A stretch of DNA of 64,000 nt, taken from the NCBI GenBank assembly GCA_951406725.2, contig OX597819.1, positions 29,450,001-29,514,000 of the forward strand, written 5' to 3'. Positions 12,536 through 24,216 of the stretch are shown in pieces. Made by a program: the position numbers and the translations under genes. Within the stretch, counting starts at the first letter, position 1; every line of letters begins with the position of its first letter. The stretch is from Octopus vulgaris. Lineage: Eukaryota. Under the pieces are notes generated by a model. That model made no database searches and was not told the origin of the DNA. It was given only the letters and a program-made list of their open reading frames with translations.

Positions 12536-13398
12536 TCCACTCGGGAGTAACCCTCTATAGCCACCCCCTTCTCTCATTTACATGTGTAAATCCATAAATA
12601 CATGTTGAAATGCATGATACTAAAATACATATGTGTAGTTATATATAACCGTATGAGCATACATAGCTTGATACGTATGTACATATGTGTAGATATATGT
12701 GTGTGTGTGTGTACATGTGTGTATGCGTAGATATATGTATGTATTGTATATGTATGCATGTAAAAAATTAAAAAAAAGAATAAAATAAAGCAAATCTGAA
12801 TTTTAACTGTTGTCCTTGAAAATAGTGTCATATATATATAAATATTTGTATATATATGTAGAGATGGATAAGTGTATATGTGTGTATACTTTAAGATTAT
12901 ATGTATATTTGTGAGTGTGTGTAAGTGTCTATAGGATTGTGTGTACTCGTATATATGTATAAGTAAGGTTATATGTGCATATATGTAACTATTCACCGTT
13001 AGACAGTGGTGAGAAGGACAAATGCACACACACACACACACATATATAAATGTGTGTGTGTGTGTGTGTGTGTGTCTATATACATTTATATGTGTGTGTA
13101 TACAACTTTCAACAAAGTAACAGTCATGTATACAACATGAGCATATACATATCAGTAAATAAACATACGTTCACATGTACATACACATGTACACACACAC
13201 AGGTATGTCTACACACTTACCTAAATACTCACATACCATACATAAGTACATATGTACATGCATAAATTTAAATGAAGTGAATCTAACAGTTTTCATGCGT
13301 TTTCTTAAATGGCTTATAAACACCTTCCACGCTGCAATTGCTTTCGTTCCAAGACACGATCTCAGATAAGGTCACTTGCTATGCAAGTACATCTCCGT

Positions 13399-13399
<1 letters not shown>

Positions 13400-13440
<41 letters not shown>

Positions 13441-13471
13441 GATACATATATTTAAATATATATATATTTAA

Positions 13472-13502
<31 letters not shown>

Positions 13503-13545
13503 TAAATAATATATATATAAATATATATATAAATAAATATATAAA
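13400..13545. repeat. (TA)n-rich microsatellite
   Basis: Direct reading. Confidence 0.9.
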
Positions 13546-13860
13546 TAGTAATGGCAAGACAACAAAAGAATGAAAGAGACCTTGATATTATGTAAATAAA
13601 GGAATTTATATGTAATATAATATGTGACAATAATTTGGTTGCCATAATAAAACTCCGGGTTTTGGATGTTGGGGTAGAAACCTGCACCGGCATCTCTTCA
13701 GTTAATGAAGCAATCAAAATATGCTATGAAAATGACCATTAAACAAAAGGAAATTACTATGTAGTTATTAAGACAAAAGATCTATTAGAATGACCGATAA
13801 ATACGGGAAAAATCGAAGGGAAGGAAGTAAAAAATAAAGGAGTAGAAATGCTCATAGCGA
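13546..13860 (-). mobile_element. Penelope-like pLTR fragment with decayed hammerhead (13645-13708)
   Basis: Minus strand: CUGAAGA gaug...cauc c AAAA cccgga GUU uuauu. GAAA has become AAAA at a CpG site. Confidence 0.45.
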
Positions 13861-14270
13861 TCGCATATGTATGCATATATATACATACACATGCATGCAT
13901 GTACACCCACATACATGTGCCTATATGCATATGCTTACTCACACTTGTCTGAAACATGCAAATGTGCACCCACACATATGCCAATATATGCATATATATG
14001 CAAGCATGCATGTACATGCACACACACATGTGCACATACTCATATGCGCAGTTATATTCAAATGGACATCTAAAATAAGTACACGCTATTTACGCATATG
14101 CTCACTCACACTCATGTGGAACACTCGCATGTACACCCATGTATATATGCAATCATACACATGTACATATATACATACCTGCACCCATGCGCACACACAA
14201 ATACACGCACAAAAAATTTCATATACACATCTATATATGCACATGCACAGCTACCAGCATCCAAAACAGA

Positions 14271-15085
14271 ATATGAAACTTACAGGGTACGCTGGTCCAC
14301 AAGGAATTTCAATCCCAGAGCCTAAATCAGTGAGGGACCTGGGTATTGACAGGAGTGATGATACCTCTTTCCAAGTACACATTACCAGGATGGTGACAAA
14401 GTGCAGACAACTGGCTGGATGGATCCTGAGAACATTCAGAACCAGAGATAAGGAAACAATGATGGTCCTCTGGAGGACATTCATCCTCAGCCACCTGGAT
14501 AACTGCTCACAGCTATGGTCACCCACCAGTGTGAAATTAACAGTGGACCTTGAAGCAATCCAGAAAAGATTCACAAAGAAGATCGTCTCTTTGCAACAGC
14601 TCAGCTACTGGGAAAGGCTGAAACAGCTAAGACTCTACTCCTTGGAGAGAAGACGGGAGAGGTATGCAGTAATATACATCTGGAAGATCCTGGAAGGAAT
14701 TGTAACAAATTTTGGCATTGAAAGCTACACCAATGCCAGAATGGGACGACACTGTTTAGTGCCAAAGATCCCATCAACGCCATCGCGCTTCAGGACCAGT
14801 TACTGCAACAGCCTGGGTTTCAGGGATCCACAGGTTTTTAATATTCTCCCAAAGAGCCTGAGGAACCTGCACAAAGTAGATGTAGGCATTTTTAAATCAA
14901 AGCTGGACATCTTCCTGTTGAGCGTCCCAAATGAACCTACCTTACGGCAAGAGGTGCTATTGAGGATAGCTACATCAAACTCCATTCTTCACTAAGTGCC
15001 ACATATTGGAGGAGGCTCTGAGTAATAACAGTGTAGCAAAACGGCAGTGTAGCAGCATGGCCGCAGTTCTGAGCTGAAACTACAC
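14271..15085 (+). mobile_element. CR1-group LINE 3' fragment: open RT C-terminus (to stop at 14995) plus 3' UTR
   Basis: Motifs VRDLGI, GWILRTF, LDNCSQLWSP, LEAIQKRFTK, SYWERLKQLRLYSLERRRER, FNILP, FKSKLD. The ORF portion upstream of ~14270 is microsatellite read-through. Confidence 0.9.
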
Positions 15086-15127
<42 letters not shown>

Positions 15128-15639
15128 GATTTAAATAATGAAGGTGATAATTTGAATATTAATTTAATATCAATTTAAAACCAGAAGCCTAGATATTATA
15201 TATATATATATATATATATCTCTTATTATAAAAGGCAGATTTTATCTGCCTCTCTTTGGGAGTTATACAAATCTACAATATAGGATTTCTTCAATTACAA
15301 TTTACCTGGCATTTTTAAGAGTACAATGCATCGCGTCATGCCAGGTCCAGTTTTTAAAATTTAAACTCCAATTAAGCAAAATTTACAGAAAACTCACATT
15401 CTGGTGTGTGTGTCAAATGCTTTTCTTAGTCTGGTTTACACCACACGCAAACGCACACACACAGTGGGCAACGAATAAAATGAAAGTAAATAGCGACAGA
15501 GTGATTTGAGGAAGACTAAAGTGAAAGTATTCTGTCTATGACGCTGATAGATACATGAGTAAAATGTATGGGAAGCTAAGAGCTAAGAGTGAGTGAAAAT
15601 GTTCTTGGAAGAGAGTAATTAGTAATAAAGTAAACATAC

Positions 15640-15751
15640 ACTCATACATACATACATACATACATACATACACACACACACATACACACACACATACACA
15701 CACATACATACATACACACATACATACATACATATACATACATACATACAT

Positions 15752-15790
<39 letters not shown>

Positions 15791-15920
15791 GTATTGAAGC
15801 TTGAGAACAATCAGATACATTTGCAACACATCTGTTGAAAATATTATTATTCACACACATACATATACATATATACATACAGACAGACAGACAGATAGAC
15901 ACACACACACACACACACAT
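15640..15920. repeat. (CATA)n/(CA)n microsatellite complex
   Basis: Direct reading. Confidence 0.9.
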
Positions 15921-15971
15921 GATCCAGCATGGCCACAACCTCAAGGCTGAAACATATAAAAGAATAACAGA

Positions 15972-16335
15972 ATATAAATGTGTGCAAAGTACAAGAAATA
16001 TTAATGCAGTATATGGGGATTGGACAATAAGCGTAAGGCAGTGTCAATGGTGGTTCCAGAAATCCCGAGCCATAAACTACAGCCTAGAAGACGAGCCTCA
16101 TCCTGAAAGATCTGTAGAACTCGACAACGACATCCTGAAAACCCTGGTGGAACAAAATATCATCGTAACTGTTGAGGAACTAGCAGAGAAGCTTGGATTT
16201 GGTCATTCAACCATTCATTGACACCTGTGTGCTATCGGAAAAGTCAGCAAATTGGGTCAATGGGTTCCTCACGAACTTTCCGAGTCTAATTGCATGCAGA
16301 GAGTGAATGTATGCTTTTCTTTGCTGTCATATCTC
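15972..16335 (+). mobile_element. mariner transposase N-terminal fragment (defective)
   Basis: HTH region RNINAVYG...QWWFQK...SLEDEP...TVEELAEKLG, an in-frame stop, then WVPHEL (tgggttcctcacgaactt, 16261-16278), a diagnostic mariner motif. Confidence 0.9.
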
Positions 16336-16356
16336 ACCACTACTGCGCTATGTATA

Positions 16357-16993
16357 TCTATATATATAAAACTGTAGTTGTGTGAGTGTCTGTCCCCTTC
16401 GATTTAGATTCCTAACTACTCCCACATTTTGCGGTACAGTTTAACCAAATTCGGGTAGCTTACAGTCGTGATTCATATCGAGCCCGTCTGAATATTAGCG
16501 CGCGTCTACGATGAGTCTACGATTTTAAAAATAATTTAACATCATTTTTTATTCCATTTTAATGCATAATTTTTCGTGTGTCGATGGCGGCGGAGTTGGC
16601 GTCCACGCTCACACCTGCACCTGTGGGGAAGGGAGTGTAAGGAAATCAACGTCGTAATGCGTTGTCAAGGAGACCAGTGTTCTTTTAGAACAACGACTTC
16701 ATGGCTTGAAGACACCAAAACAGAAATGGCTAAGAAAGCGTCTACATGAGTCTACGATTTAAAAAAAAATTTACCATCGTTTTTTTTCCATTTCAATGCA
16801 TTTTTTCGCTATTATATAAGGGAAGTAACTCTCTAAAAATGTCTACGATGAGTCAACGATTTAAAAAAAAATTTACCATCATATTTTTTCCATTTTTAAT
16901 GCATTTTTTGCTATTTTTTTGCTATAACTCTCTAAAAATGCTTATATAGTTATTTCCCTTACAAACCCAAGCAACGCCGGGCGATACTGCTAG
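16357..16993 (+). mobile_element. Complete non-autonomous Helitron
   Basis: 5' A|TCTATATATATAAA; 3' hairpin-like cccaagcaacgccggg (16966-16981) followed by CTAG|T; no TSD. Three internal ~70-bp subrepeats near 16500, 16738 and 16841. Confidence 0.85.
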
Positions 16994-17824
16994 TATATAT
17001 ATATATATATATATATATTAGTTATAAATATATGTATATGACTGTAGGAAAGAGCAGCACCTATTGCCACTGCAGGCTGAGATCAGTGATACTGATGCAG
17101 TTAACATTGCTACTTTCAATTCAAAACTCATTTTCAAACAGCGAAATGGGGGAATAGGTTGGAAATCAAGATTAAAATGAAAAGAACTGGAATGTGAAAA
17201 TGGCAAAAAACTGTGAACTGAAGCAGAAGAAGGTGACCCTGAACTGGCCAAAAACAGGTTTATGGAAAATGTTGAAAAGACTTAAGAATAGCTTCGATAC
17301 TAATGTAATCAGTTTAATGAATGGATGCACAAGACCAATATCAATGTACATTGTTATTGATATAGAAAGCTGATTGTTCACAACTCATGAAAATTAATTT
17401 TGAAACTGAGTCACCTGCAATGAATATTTTCCCCTCTTCCGTATATATTTCTCTTGTACCATCAATATGCAATGGAAGTACAATGTAAAGTGAATGGATG
17501 GTTCAATATTTTGTTTCTTGGTGTATGTGTGTGTTTTTCTTTTTTCTTTTTTTCTTTTTTTTTGATTTTTAGAAAGGCTTTTCAAAGAAATGGTCATGCA
17601 AAGAATATTGAACCACACCGTTGCTGAAATAGCAGTAGTAAAAGTAGTAAAAATGATGAAAACAAAATTTCTATATTACATTCAAGGTGTAAGCATATCC
17701 TTAAAATCATCAACAAAAAGATATTCTGACGCTACTTCTATCGAAGTGCAAGGAATTAATAAGTAAAAAATATAAATAAATAAAAGGGTGAAATATTCAA
17801 TGAAGATTTCTCATACTTCATCTT

Positions 17825-18085
17825 TTACTCATTTCAGTCACTGGACTGTGGCCATACTGGAACACTGTCTTGAAGAATTTTTTTTTAGTTGAACAAATTG
17901 AACCCAGAACTTATTTTTTTAAAGTCTGATACTTATTCTATCGGTCACTTTTGTCAAACTGTTAAGTTAAGGAGAACATAAACAAACCAGCACCAGTTAT
18001 CACTCACACTCACACACAAGTGTTTTCAGTTTTTGACTGCTAAAGCCACTCACAAAGCTTTATTCAGCTTGGGGTTATAATAGAG
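17825..18085 (-). mobile_element. SINE family B, degenerate
   Basis: tttcagtcactggactgtggccatactgg...acttattctatcggtc. Confidence 0.65.
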
Positions 18086-18235
18086 ATCTGAGATTGGAAA
18101 TTTCTGATATCAGAGTGCCAAAGTGAAGGCATTTGAAAGATACACATAAATATAATTTGTGGAGCTTTATACATGCTGGATTTCGGTCGAGTGCCCTGTA
18201 TCTAGTTCTAGAAATTGTATTTCGTAAACAACAGA

Positions 18236-18310
18236 CTATGCTGATGATCTTGCAGATGTTTACATATCCATATATGTAAATATTAACAAGTGAAACTAAT
18301 TAGTACATAG
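18236..18310 (+). ncRNA. Type I hammerhead ribozyme with long stem II
   Basis: cuaug CUGAUGA u cuug ca gauguuuacauau-ccau-auauguaaauauu aa caag u GAAA cuaauua GUA cauag. Predicted cleavage after 18305. Confidence 0.75.
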
Positions 18311-18478
18311 GTGATCATTTTTTATTTCGTATATTTTCATTTGTCTTCCTTATTTTTAGGCTTTGGTCTTTTGCTGAATTTTTTCTTGAGAACACATGCT
18401 TCGTGGTAAATGGCGAGTTTGACGTCTATTTCTAGCATACAGACTGTCCACTATTAGTGGTCATTCCTCTAAATTTTG

Positions 18479-18510
<32 letters not shown>

Positions 18511-18523
<13 letters not shown>

Positions 18524-18788
18524 ATAAGAAAATGGAGGGGATCAATAGGTGGTATTCATCAACTTTTAGACATTATATTCATTATATTATGTCAATTTAT
18601 TTATTTAGTAAAAGGACAATTATAACAATATACATACATGTATAACATTATGCTTTACATTTAATATGTTATACATATGTATATTGTTATAATTATCCTT
18701 TTAGTAAATATATAAATTGACATAATATTATGTCTAAAAGTTGATGAACACCACCTATTGATTCCCTCCATTTTCTTATTGCTCTATA
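18511..18788. repeat. AT-rich foldback (~130-bp arms, short spacer)
   Basis: caataagaaaatggagggg...catcaacttttagacat is mirrored by atgtctaaaagttgatg...ccctccattttcttattg. Confidence 0.85.
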
Positions 18789-19153
18789 AATTAATGGTAA
18801 ATTAACTCTTTACCCTAACCTATTTATTACACTCGGTAATGTAATTGCCATGCAATGAAAAACACTTGTGTATTAATAATTGGGTATTCTACCAGCAGTA
18901 TATTGGATAGATATTATCCCTTAGTTGGTTGGATTCACAACCTCTTTCTTGGAAGATATATATAAATAAGTAGTTGAATGAATTATCCTAGTATGGATAA
19001 TTCGGTTAACCGATACCCGGGTAGCAAATTTACGTCAGAAATCACGGTTGAAGCTACATGCCAGGGGCAGAAATCATGTGCTTTCGTGTGGAAATTTGTG
19101 TGTTTTTACTATAAATAAATGAAAGAATGGAGTCGAACGACGATTTAACAAAA

Positions 19154-19252
19154 TTCCTTTATTCTCGACATATGTTTCGAAGACTGCATATTCTCAATTC
19201 CGAAGGAATAAAGGGTGCATTATGCTGCCTTCTCATCAGGAAAAACAAGGAA
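19154..19252 (-). ncRNA. Type I hammerhead ribozyme (left arm)
   Basis: Minus strand: uuccuuguuuuuc CUGAUGA gaaggcagcaua...uaugcagucuuc GAAA cauau GUC gagaauaaaggaa. Confidence 0.85.
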
Positions 19253-19348
19253 CTTATGTGAGCATCATGACGAACAAAAACTTTTAGATGACTGCCCACA
19301 CGGAGTCCATAGTGATAATGTTTTTGTTCGTCATGATGCTGACATAAG

Positions 19349-19447
19349 TTCCTTGTTTTTCCTGATGAGAAGGCGGCATAATGCACCCTTTATTCCTTCG
19401 GAATTGAAAATATGCAGTCTTCGAAACATATGTCGAGAATAAAGGAA
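19349..19447 (+). ncRNA. Type I hammerhead ribozyme (right arm)
   Basis: CUGAUGA 19362-19368, GAAA 19423-19426, GUC 19432-19434. Stem I uuccuuguuuuuc/gagaauaaaggaa; stem II gaaggcggcaua/uaugcagucuuc; minimal stem III with palindrome ACAUAUGU. Confidence 0.85.
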
Positions 19448-19513
19448 TTTTGTTAAATCGTCGTTCAACTCCATTCTTTCATTTATATATATATATATCT
19501 CATATTTTAAGAT

Positions 19514-19739
19514 TTAACACTTTAACATTCAGATTACTCTGTCATATGTAATGCTTATTTATTCACTGTCATGAATTAATCATGCATTATCTCATAACTT
19601 CATGATTTTGATGATGTGACTGTTTATTTTTAGAATGATATTGTACAATAGAAGAGAGATGCTGGATTTAGCCACTTTGAACATAAAACAAGTACAATTT
19701 TGAGGCGAAATATAGCCAGTTTAAATGCTAAAGAGTTAA
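19514..19739 (+). mobile_element. piggyBac-type MITE
   Basis: TTAAcactttaacattcagattactctgtc...aatgctaaagagTTAA. Confidence 0.7.
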
Positions 19740-19960
19740 ACCCTTAAATTCTGCTGTGCTCCAGGCAACATAAAATCTTTGTTCTAAATATCTTTTAGTT
19801 AGGATTCATCATCATCATTTCCAAACTGGCAATCACTTTACAGAGTGGACTGGGTCCTTTTACACAGCACTGGCATGAGTTCATTTATGTGGCACCAGTA
19901 CAGATGCTTTTTCTGAGGCACTAGCACCATGAGCCTGCAAGATGAGGAATGCTCAGCTGG

Positions 19961-20384
19961 AAAGAAATGCAGGTGACATGCCTGTATGCAAGGACAAGTA
20001 CACTTTTATTTAGTTTGATGTGTTTTCTCAAGCACAATGAACTGCCAGGGATCTTGTTCCCTGTCATCCCTTTTGTGAGTCCCAACATCTGTAGAACATT
20101 TCTCACCACTGTCCCAAGCCTCAAATCACCGAGAAAGAATTCTATTAGTAAAGTGTTAAGTGTATAAAAATATTTGGTTTCATTGGAGAATACTTCCATG
20201 ACTAGTTATAACATGATAAAGTGAAATCTATGTCAAATCATCACTTGCAGTGGAAAATATTCCTAGCATTTTAAATATCTGCAAAACTTTTTGAAATAAT
20301 CAGAAATTTTTCAAGAAATATATACTTCTTCAAAGATGTTTGATAATATAAATGTTAATCCTTAAACTATTGCAAACCTGGTTT
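19961..20384. repeat. 424-bp segment duplicated in inverted orientation at 24217-24640
   Basis: About 6 differences by eye; includes a decayed RTE tail piece plus non-repeat AT-rich sequence. Confidence 0.95.
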
Positions 20385-20687
20385 TTGCATTTTTTGTTTT
20401 TGTTTTTATTAGTGTCAATAAATACACATACTAAAAAGTATGCCAACTGAATTGAGCTACTCATTTGAAATTCTTTGCATTTCCATAGACACATGTATGA
20501 ATAAATAAATTATAATTTTAGACAAGAAATGGTTCAGCTGATCACACATGTAGCATTGTGGTTTAAAGGTCGGTTTGCAATTATGTGATTCTACAGACTG
20601 CCGTACTCCTATGGCAAGTGTTTATCCTTTGGTTGACTAATGCCTTGTGAGTATAATTTGGTATATGGTAACTAAACAGAAGCAGGT

Positions 20688-20723
<36 letters not shown>

Positions 20724-21551
20724 CGTGCATGCATGCGTTGTTGTGTGTATGTTTGGATACTCACACACATCTGTGCATCTAATATTTATTAGTCTAGACA
20801 ATGACAGATGTAAACATCATTATGAATATTGAAACATTTGCACTTGACAAAGTCTCTTGAGATAGATTTTCTGCATCATATTGCAAACAGTCCTTCAAGA
20901 TGAAGCAAACCAAGACTGATTCATTGGAAACAAAACCAACAATGATATTATTCACCAATTGCAATATAAAATACTGATTTCAAATTTTGGCACGAGGCCA
21001 GTAATTTCAGGGGAGGGTATTCAACAGGTACTTATTTTATTGACCTAGAACGGATGAAAGGCAAAGTCAGCCTTGGCAGAATTTGAACTCAAAACATAAA
21101 GACAGACAAAAGCATTTCACCCAACATGCTAACAACTATACTAGTTCACTGCCTTTTAGCACTATAAAATATTAAAAATAAAAAATTAAAGGTATATATG
21201 GTGTAACAGACTGAAAATAAGAATACTGAATGCATGATTCTTAAAGGTTGGTAGGGATGCCAAAAACTGTTGGCTCACTGCATCATCATGAATCATAATG
21301 TAGCTTTCAGTCCATACAGTAAATAATGAACCATATATGTTGAAAAAGCCACATCCTAAAAGATGAAGACTTCAACTAATGTTCTGAAAATTCAGCTATT
21401 CAGATTTTAACTGCTTTGCCTATAGAACTTTGTCTATAGTTCTGAAATTACTTATAGTTCTATGATGCAAAACCACTTGTACTATAAGAAAATTGTATTA
21501 AAATGAAACATGCTTGCCATGAATTTATATCAGAATATTTTGTTATGGTAT

Positions 21552-21775
21552 ACTCTTTTACTCTTTTACTTGTTTCAATCATTTGACTGTGGCCAAGCTG
21601 AAGCACTGCCTTTAGTCAAGGAAATCAACCCCAGGACTTATTCTTTGTAAGCCTAGTACTTATTCTATCGGTCTCTTTTGCCGAACCACTAAGTTACGGG
21701 GACATAAACACACCAACATCGGTTGACAAGCGATGTTGGGAGGACAAACACAGACACACAAACATATACACACTA

Positions 21776-21832
<57 letters not shown>

Positions 21833-21992
21833 TACAATGGGCTTCTTTCAGTTTCCGTCTACCAAATCCACTCACAAAGCTTTGGTCAGCGCAAGGCTAT
21901 TGTAGAAAACACTTGCCCAAGGTGCCACACGATGAGACTGAACCTGGAACCATGTGGTTGGTAAGCAAACTACTTACCACACAGCCACTCCT
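21552..21992 (-). mobile_element. SINE family B, full length
   Basis: tRNA-like head, gcaccttgggcaagtg core-like motif, internal (TA)n/(TG)n, aataagtactag domain and CR1-like tail. Confidence 0.85.
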
Positions 21993-22308
21993 AATGTCAC
22001 AGTTATTTACTATATAATTAACTAAAACCTGCCAAATTCTTGAATATGTTTAAAATGAATTTGAAAACAGTCATTTATCTTTTATTTGCTTCAGTCATTG
22101 GACTTCAGCCATTCTGGGACACTGCCTTGAAGGGTTTAGTGAAGCAAATCAACCCTAGTACTCTAGTAATGGATTTTTAAGCCTGCTACTAATTTTATTG
22201 ATCTCTTTTGCAGAACTGCTGACATACAGAGATGTAAACAAACCAACACCAGTTGTCAAGCAGTGGAAGTAGGGAGAAGAAATACAAAGACATGCCCACA
22301 AATTTATA

Positions 22309-22529
22309 TATGAGGGGGTGCTGAAACGTTTCTGGCTTTAAGGGCATCACGAAAGGCCTGGTTGGAAGCCCACAATTCCAAGTTCTTTTGCAGGGCTTAG
22401 AAAAACTGAAAGACCACTGCAATAAGTGGGTGAATCTGAGAGGGAGATATGTTGAATAAAATCATAATTAACTGATCCCCTTGTATTTTCTTTTACCCAA
22501 AGCCAGGAACTTTTCAGTGCCTCCTTGTA
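22309..22529 (+). mobile_element. mariner-derived MITE nested in a SINE family B copy (22080-22695)
   Basis: TA-flanked imperfect TIRs tgagggggtgctgaaacgtttctggcttt / aaagccaggaacttttcagtgcctccttg. Internal GLEKLKDHCNKWVNLRGRYVE* is a mariner C-terminus. Confidence 0.8.
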
Positions 22530-22925
22530 TATCTTCCTGATGGGCTTCAGTACAGCTTCTGTCAACCAAATTCTATTATAAGGTATTAGTTTGCTCTGGT
22601 CTACAATAGAAGATGGTGGCAAGCAGTAGGAGAGAACCCAAAACCACATGGTTACAAAGTGAGCTTCTTAAACCTTAATCATACAGCCATACCTGAACTT
22701 ATACATGAAATATATAGGAAGTATATTTCATAAGAAATTAGAGAGCAAAAGGACTGATGAGCGGCCTTTCAAACATTAACCCTTTCACTATCAACTTGCC
22801 TGAGACCATCTCTGGTTCCTATACAAAATTCCTCATTTTAATTGTGCATATTTAAATTAAAACCACTGATAATTTTATGTAAGACCATTTGTACTAAAAT
22901 TCAATTCAAATACTAGCTTAATAAT

Positions 22926-23356
22926 GGTTTAAAATTTTGACACAAGGCTAGTAAAATTTTTAGAGGAATGGAATTAGTTGATTACATCGACCCCAGTGCT
23001 CAACTGGTACACATTTTATTAATCCTTCAAAAGGATGGAAGGTAAAGTCAACTTTGGTAGAATCTAAATTCAGAACATGATTTGGAAGAAATGCTGTTGT
23101 TTTATCTAAAGTTCTAACAATTCTCCCAACTCCCTGTCTTCACTAGCTTAATAATCGTTTCAAATTTTGGCACAGTAACAGTAGTTTTTGAGGGAAGGGA
23201 AGGGAAAATCAATTACATGCACCACAGTATGTGATTCAAAAGGATGGGAAGTGAAGTCGATTTCAGCAACATTTGAACTCAGAACATGAAGATGGACAAA
23301 ATGTTGCTAAGCGTTTTGTCCAGTGTACTAATGGTTCTGCCAGCTTGCTACCTTCA
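22926..23356 (-). mobile_element. Two tandem degenerate family-A-related SINEs
   Basis: First copy is bounded by the direct repeat actagcttaataat (22912 and 23142). Related copies at 20975-21155, 24065-24210 and 36577-36795. Confidence 0.65.
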
Positions 23357-24216
23357 CAATAATAAAAACGTCATTAACATCACCCAAATTCTAGATCTTA
23401 GTCAGTTTTGAATCAAAGTTAAGGTTTCCCAAAAGGAATGCATGCAAGTTCATTATCACCTGATATTTAAGAAAAAAAATTTGGACTATTTTAAAAAAAC
23501 TTTTATTTAAATGGTTGATTTTGAAAATTAATGGAAGAATTTCAAGGAATAGATTAACACTATACCTATTTTTTAAACTTTTCAAGTACTATTGCTTGTT
23601 TATTCGTTTTTACATTCATTTTTCCATGCTAGCATGTGTAAGATGAATGCATATTGTTGAAGCATTGTTTTACAGTCAGATGCCCTTCTTACTATTAACC
23701 TTTACCTGCTTCTCAAATAACAAATCATGGTGAATGATTTGTTGATAGGCAAATGACAAGAGAACTCCAGCCATACTTCATGGGCTTACATACATATACA
23801 CACACACACACACACACACATACACACACACAATGAGCTTTGTACAGTTTCTGTCAACTGAAGTCACACATAAGGCTAGACTGGGACAATAGTATAAGAT
23901 TTTCCCAACATTGAACCTAGAACCATGTCATTATGAAGCCAATTTCTTACCTCTACCTGCTTCTGTACATACATTTTGCAAAACAGAAAAAACTTTTTAA
24001 AAAGTCATGTTGTTGGGAATGTATAACCAGGAACTGCAAAATATTCTAGAGCTTTGGTTATAATCCTTTCAACTTATAGGCACAAGGCCTGAAATTTGGG
24101 GGAAGGAGGCAGGTCAATTACATTGACTCCAGTGTTCAACTGATACTTATTTCATTAACCTCAAAAGGATGAAAGGTGAAGTTGACCTCAACAGAATTTA
24201 AACTCAGGATTGTAAT

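Larger units (their letters stand above)
19115..19486. repeat. Near-perfect palindrome: 167-bp arms (19115-19281 / 19320-19486), 38-bp spacer
   Basis: 4 mismatches by eye; twin ORFs on opposite strands in the ORF track. Confidence 0.95.

Noticed and set aside
13871-14995. 374-aa ORF as a host gene
   Set aside because: The first ~130 codons are CA/TA microsatellite; the rest is CR1 LINE RT.
19159-19442. Twin 75-aa ORFs on opposite strands
   Set aside because: A consequence of the palindrome; no protein signature.
19921-20199. Duplicated small protein-coding gene (twin ORF at 24402-24644)
   Set aside because: ORF similarity is a by-product of the inverted duplication; part of it is a decayed RTE C-terminus.
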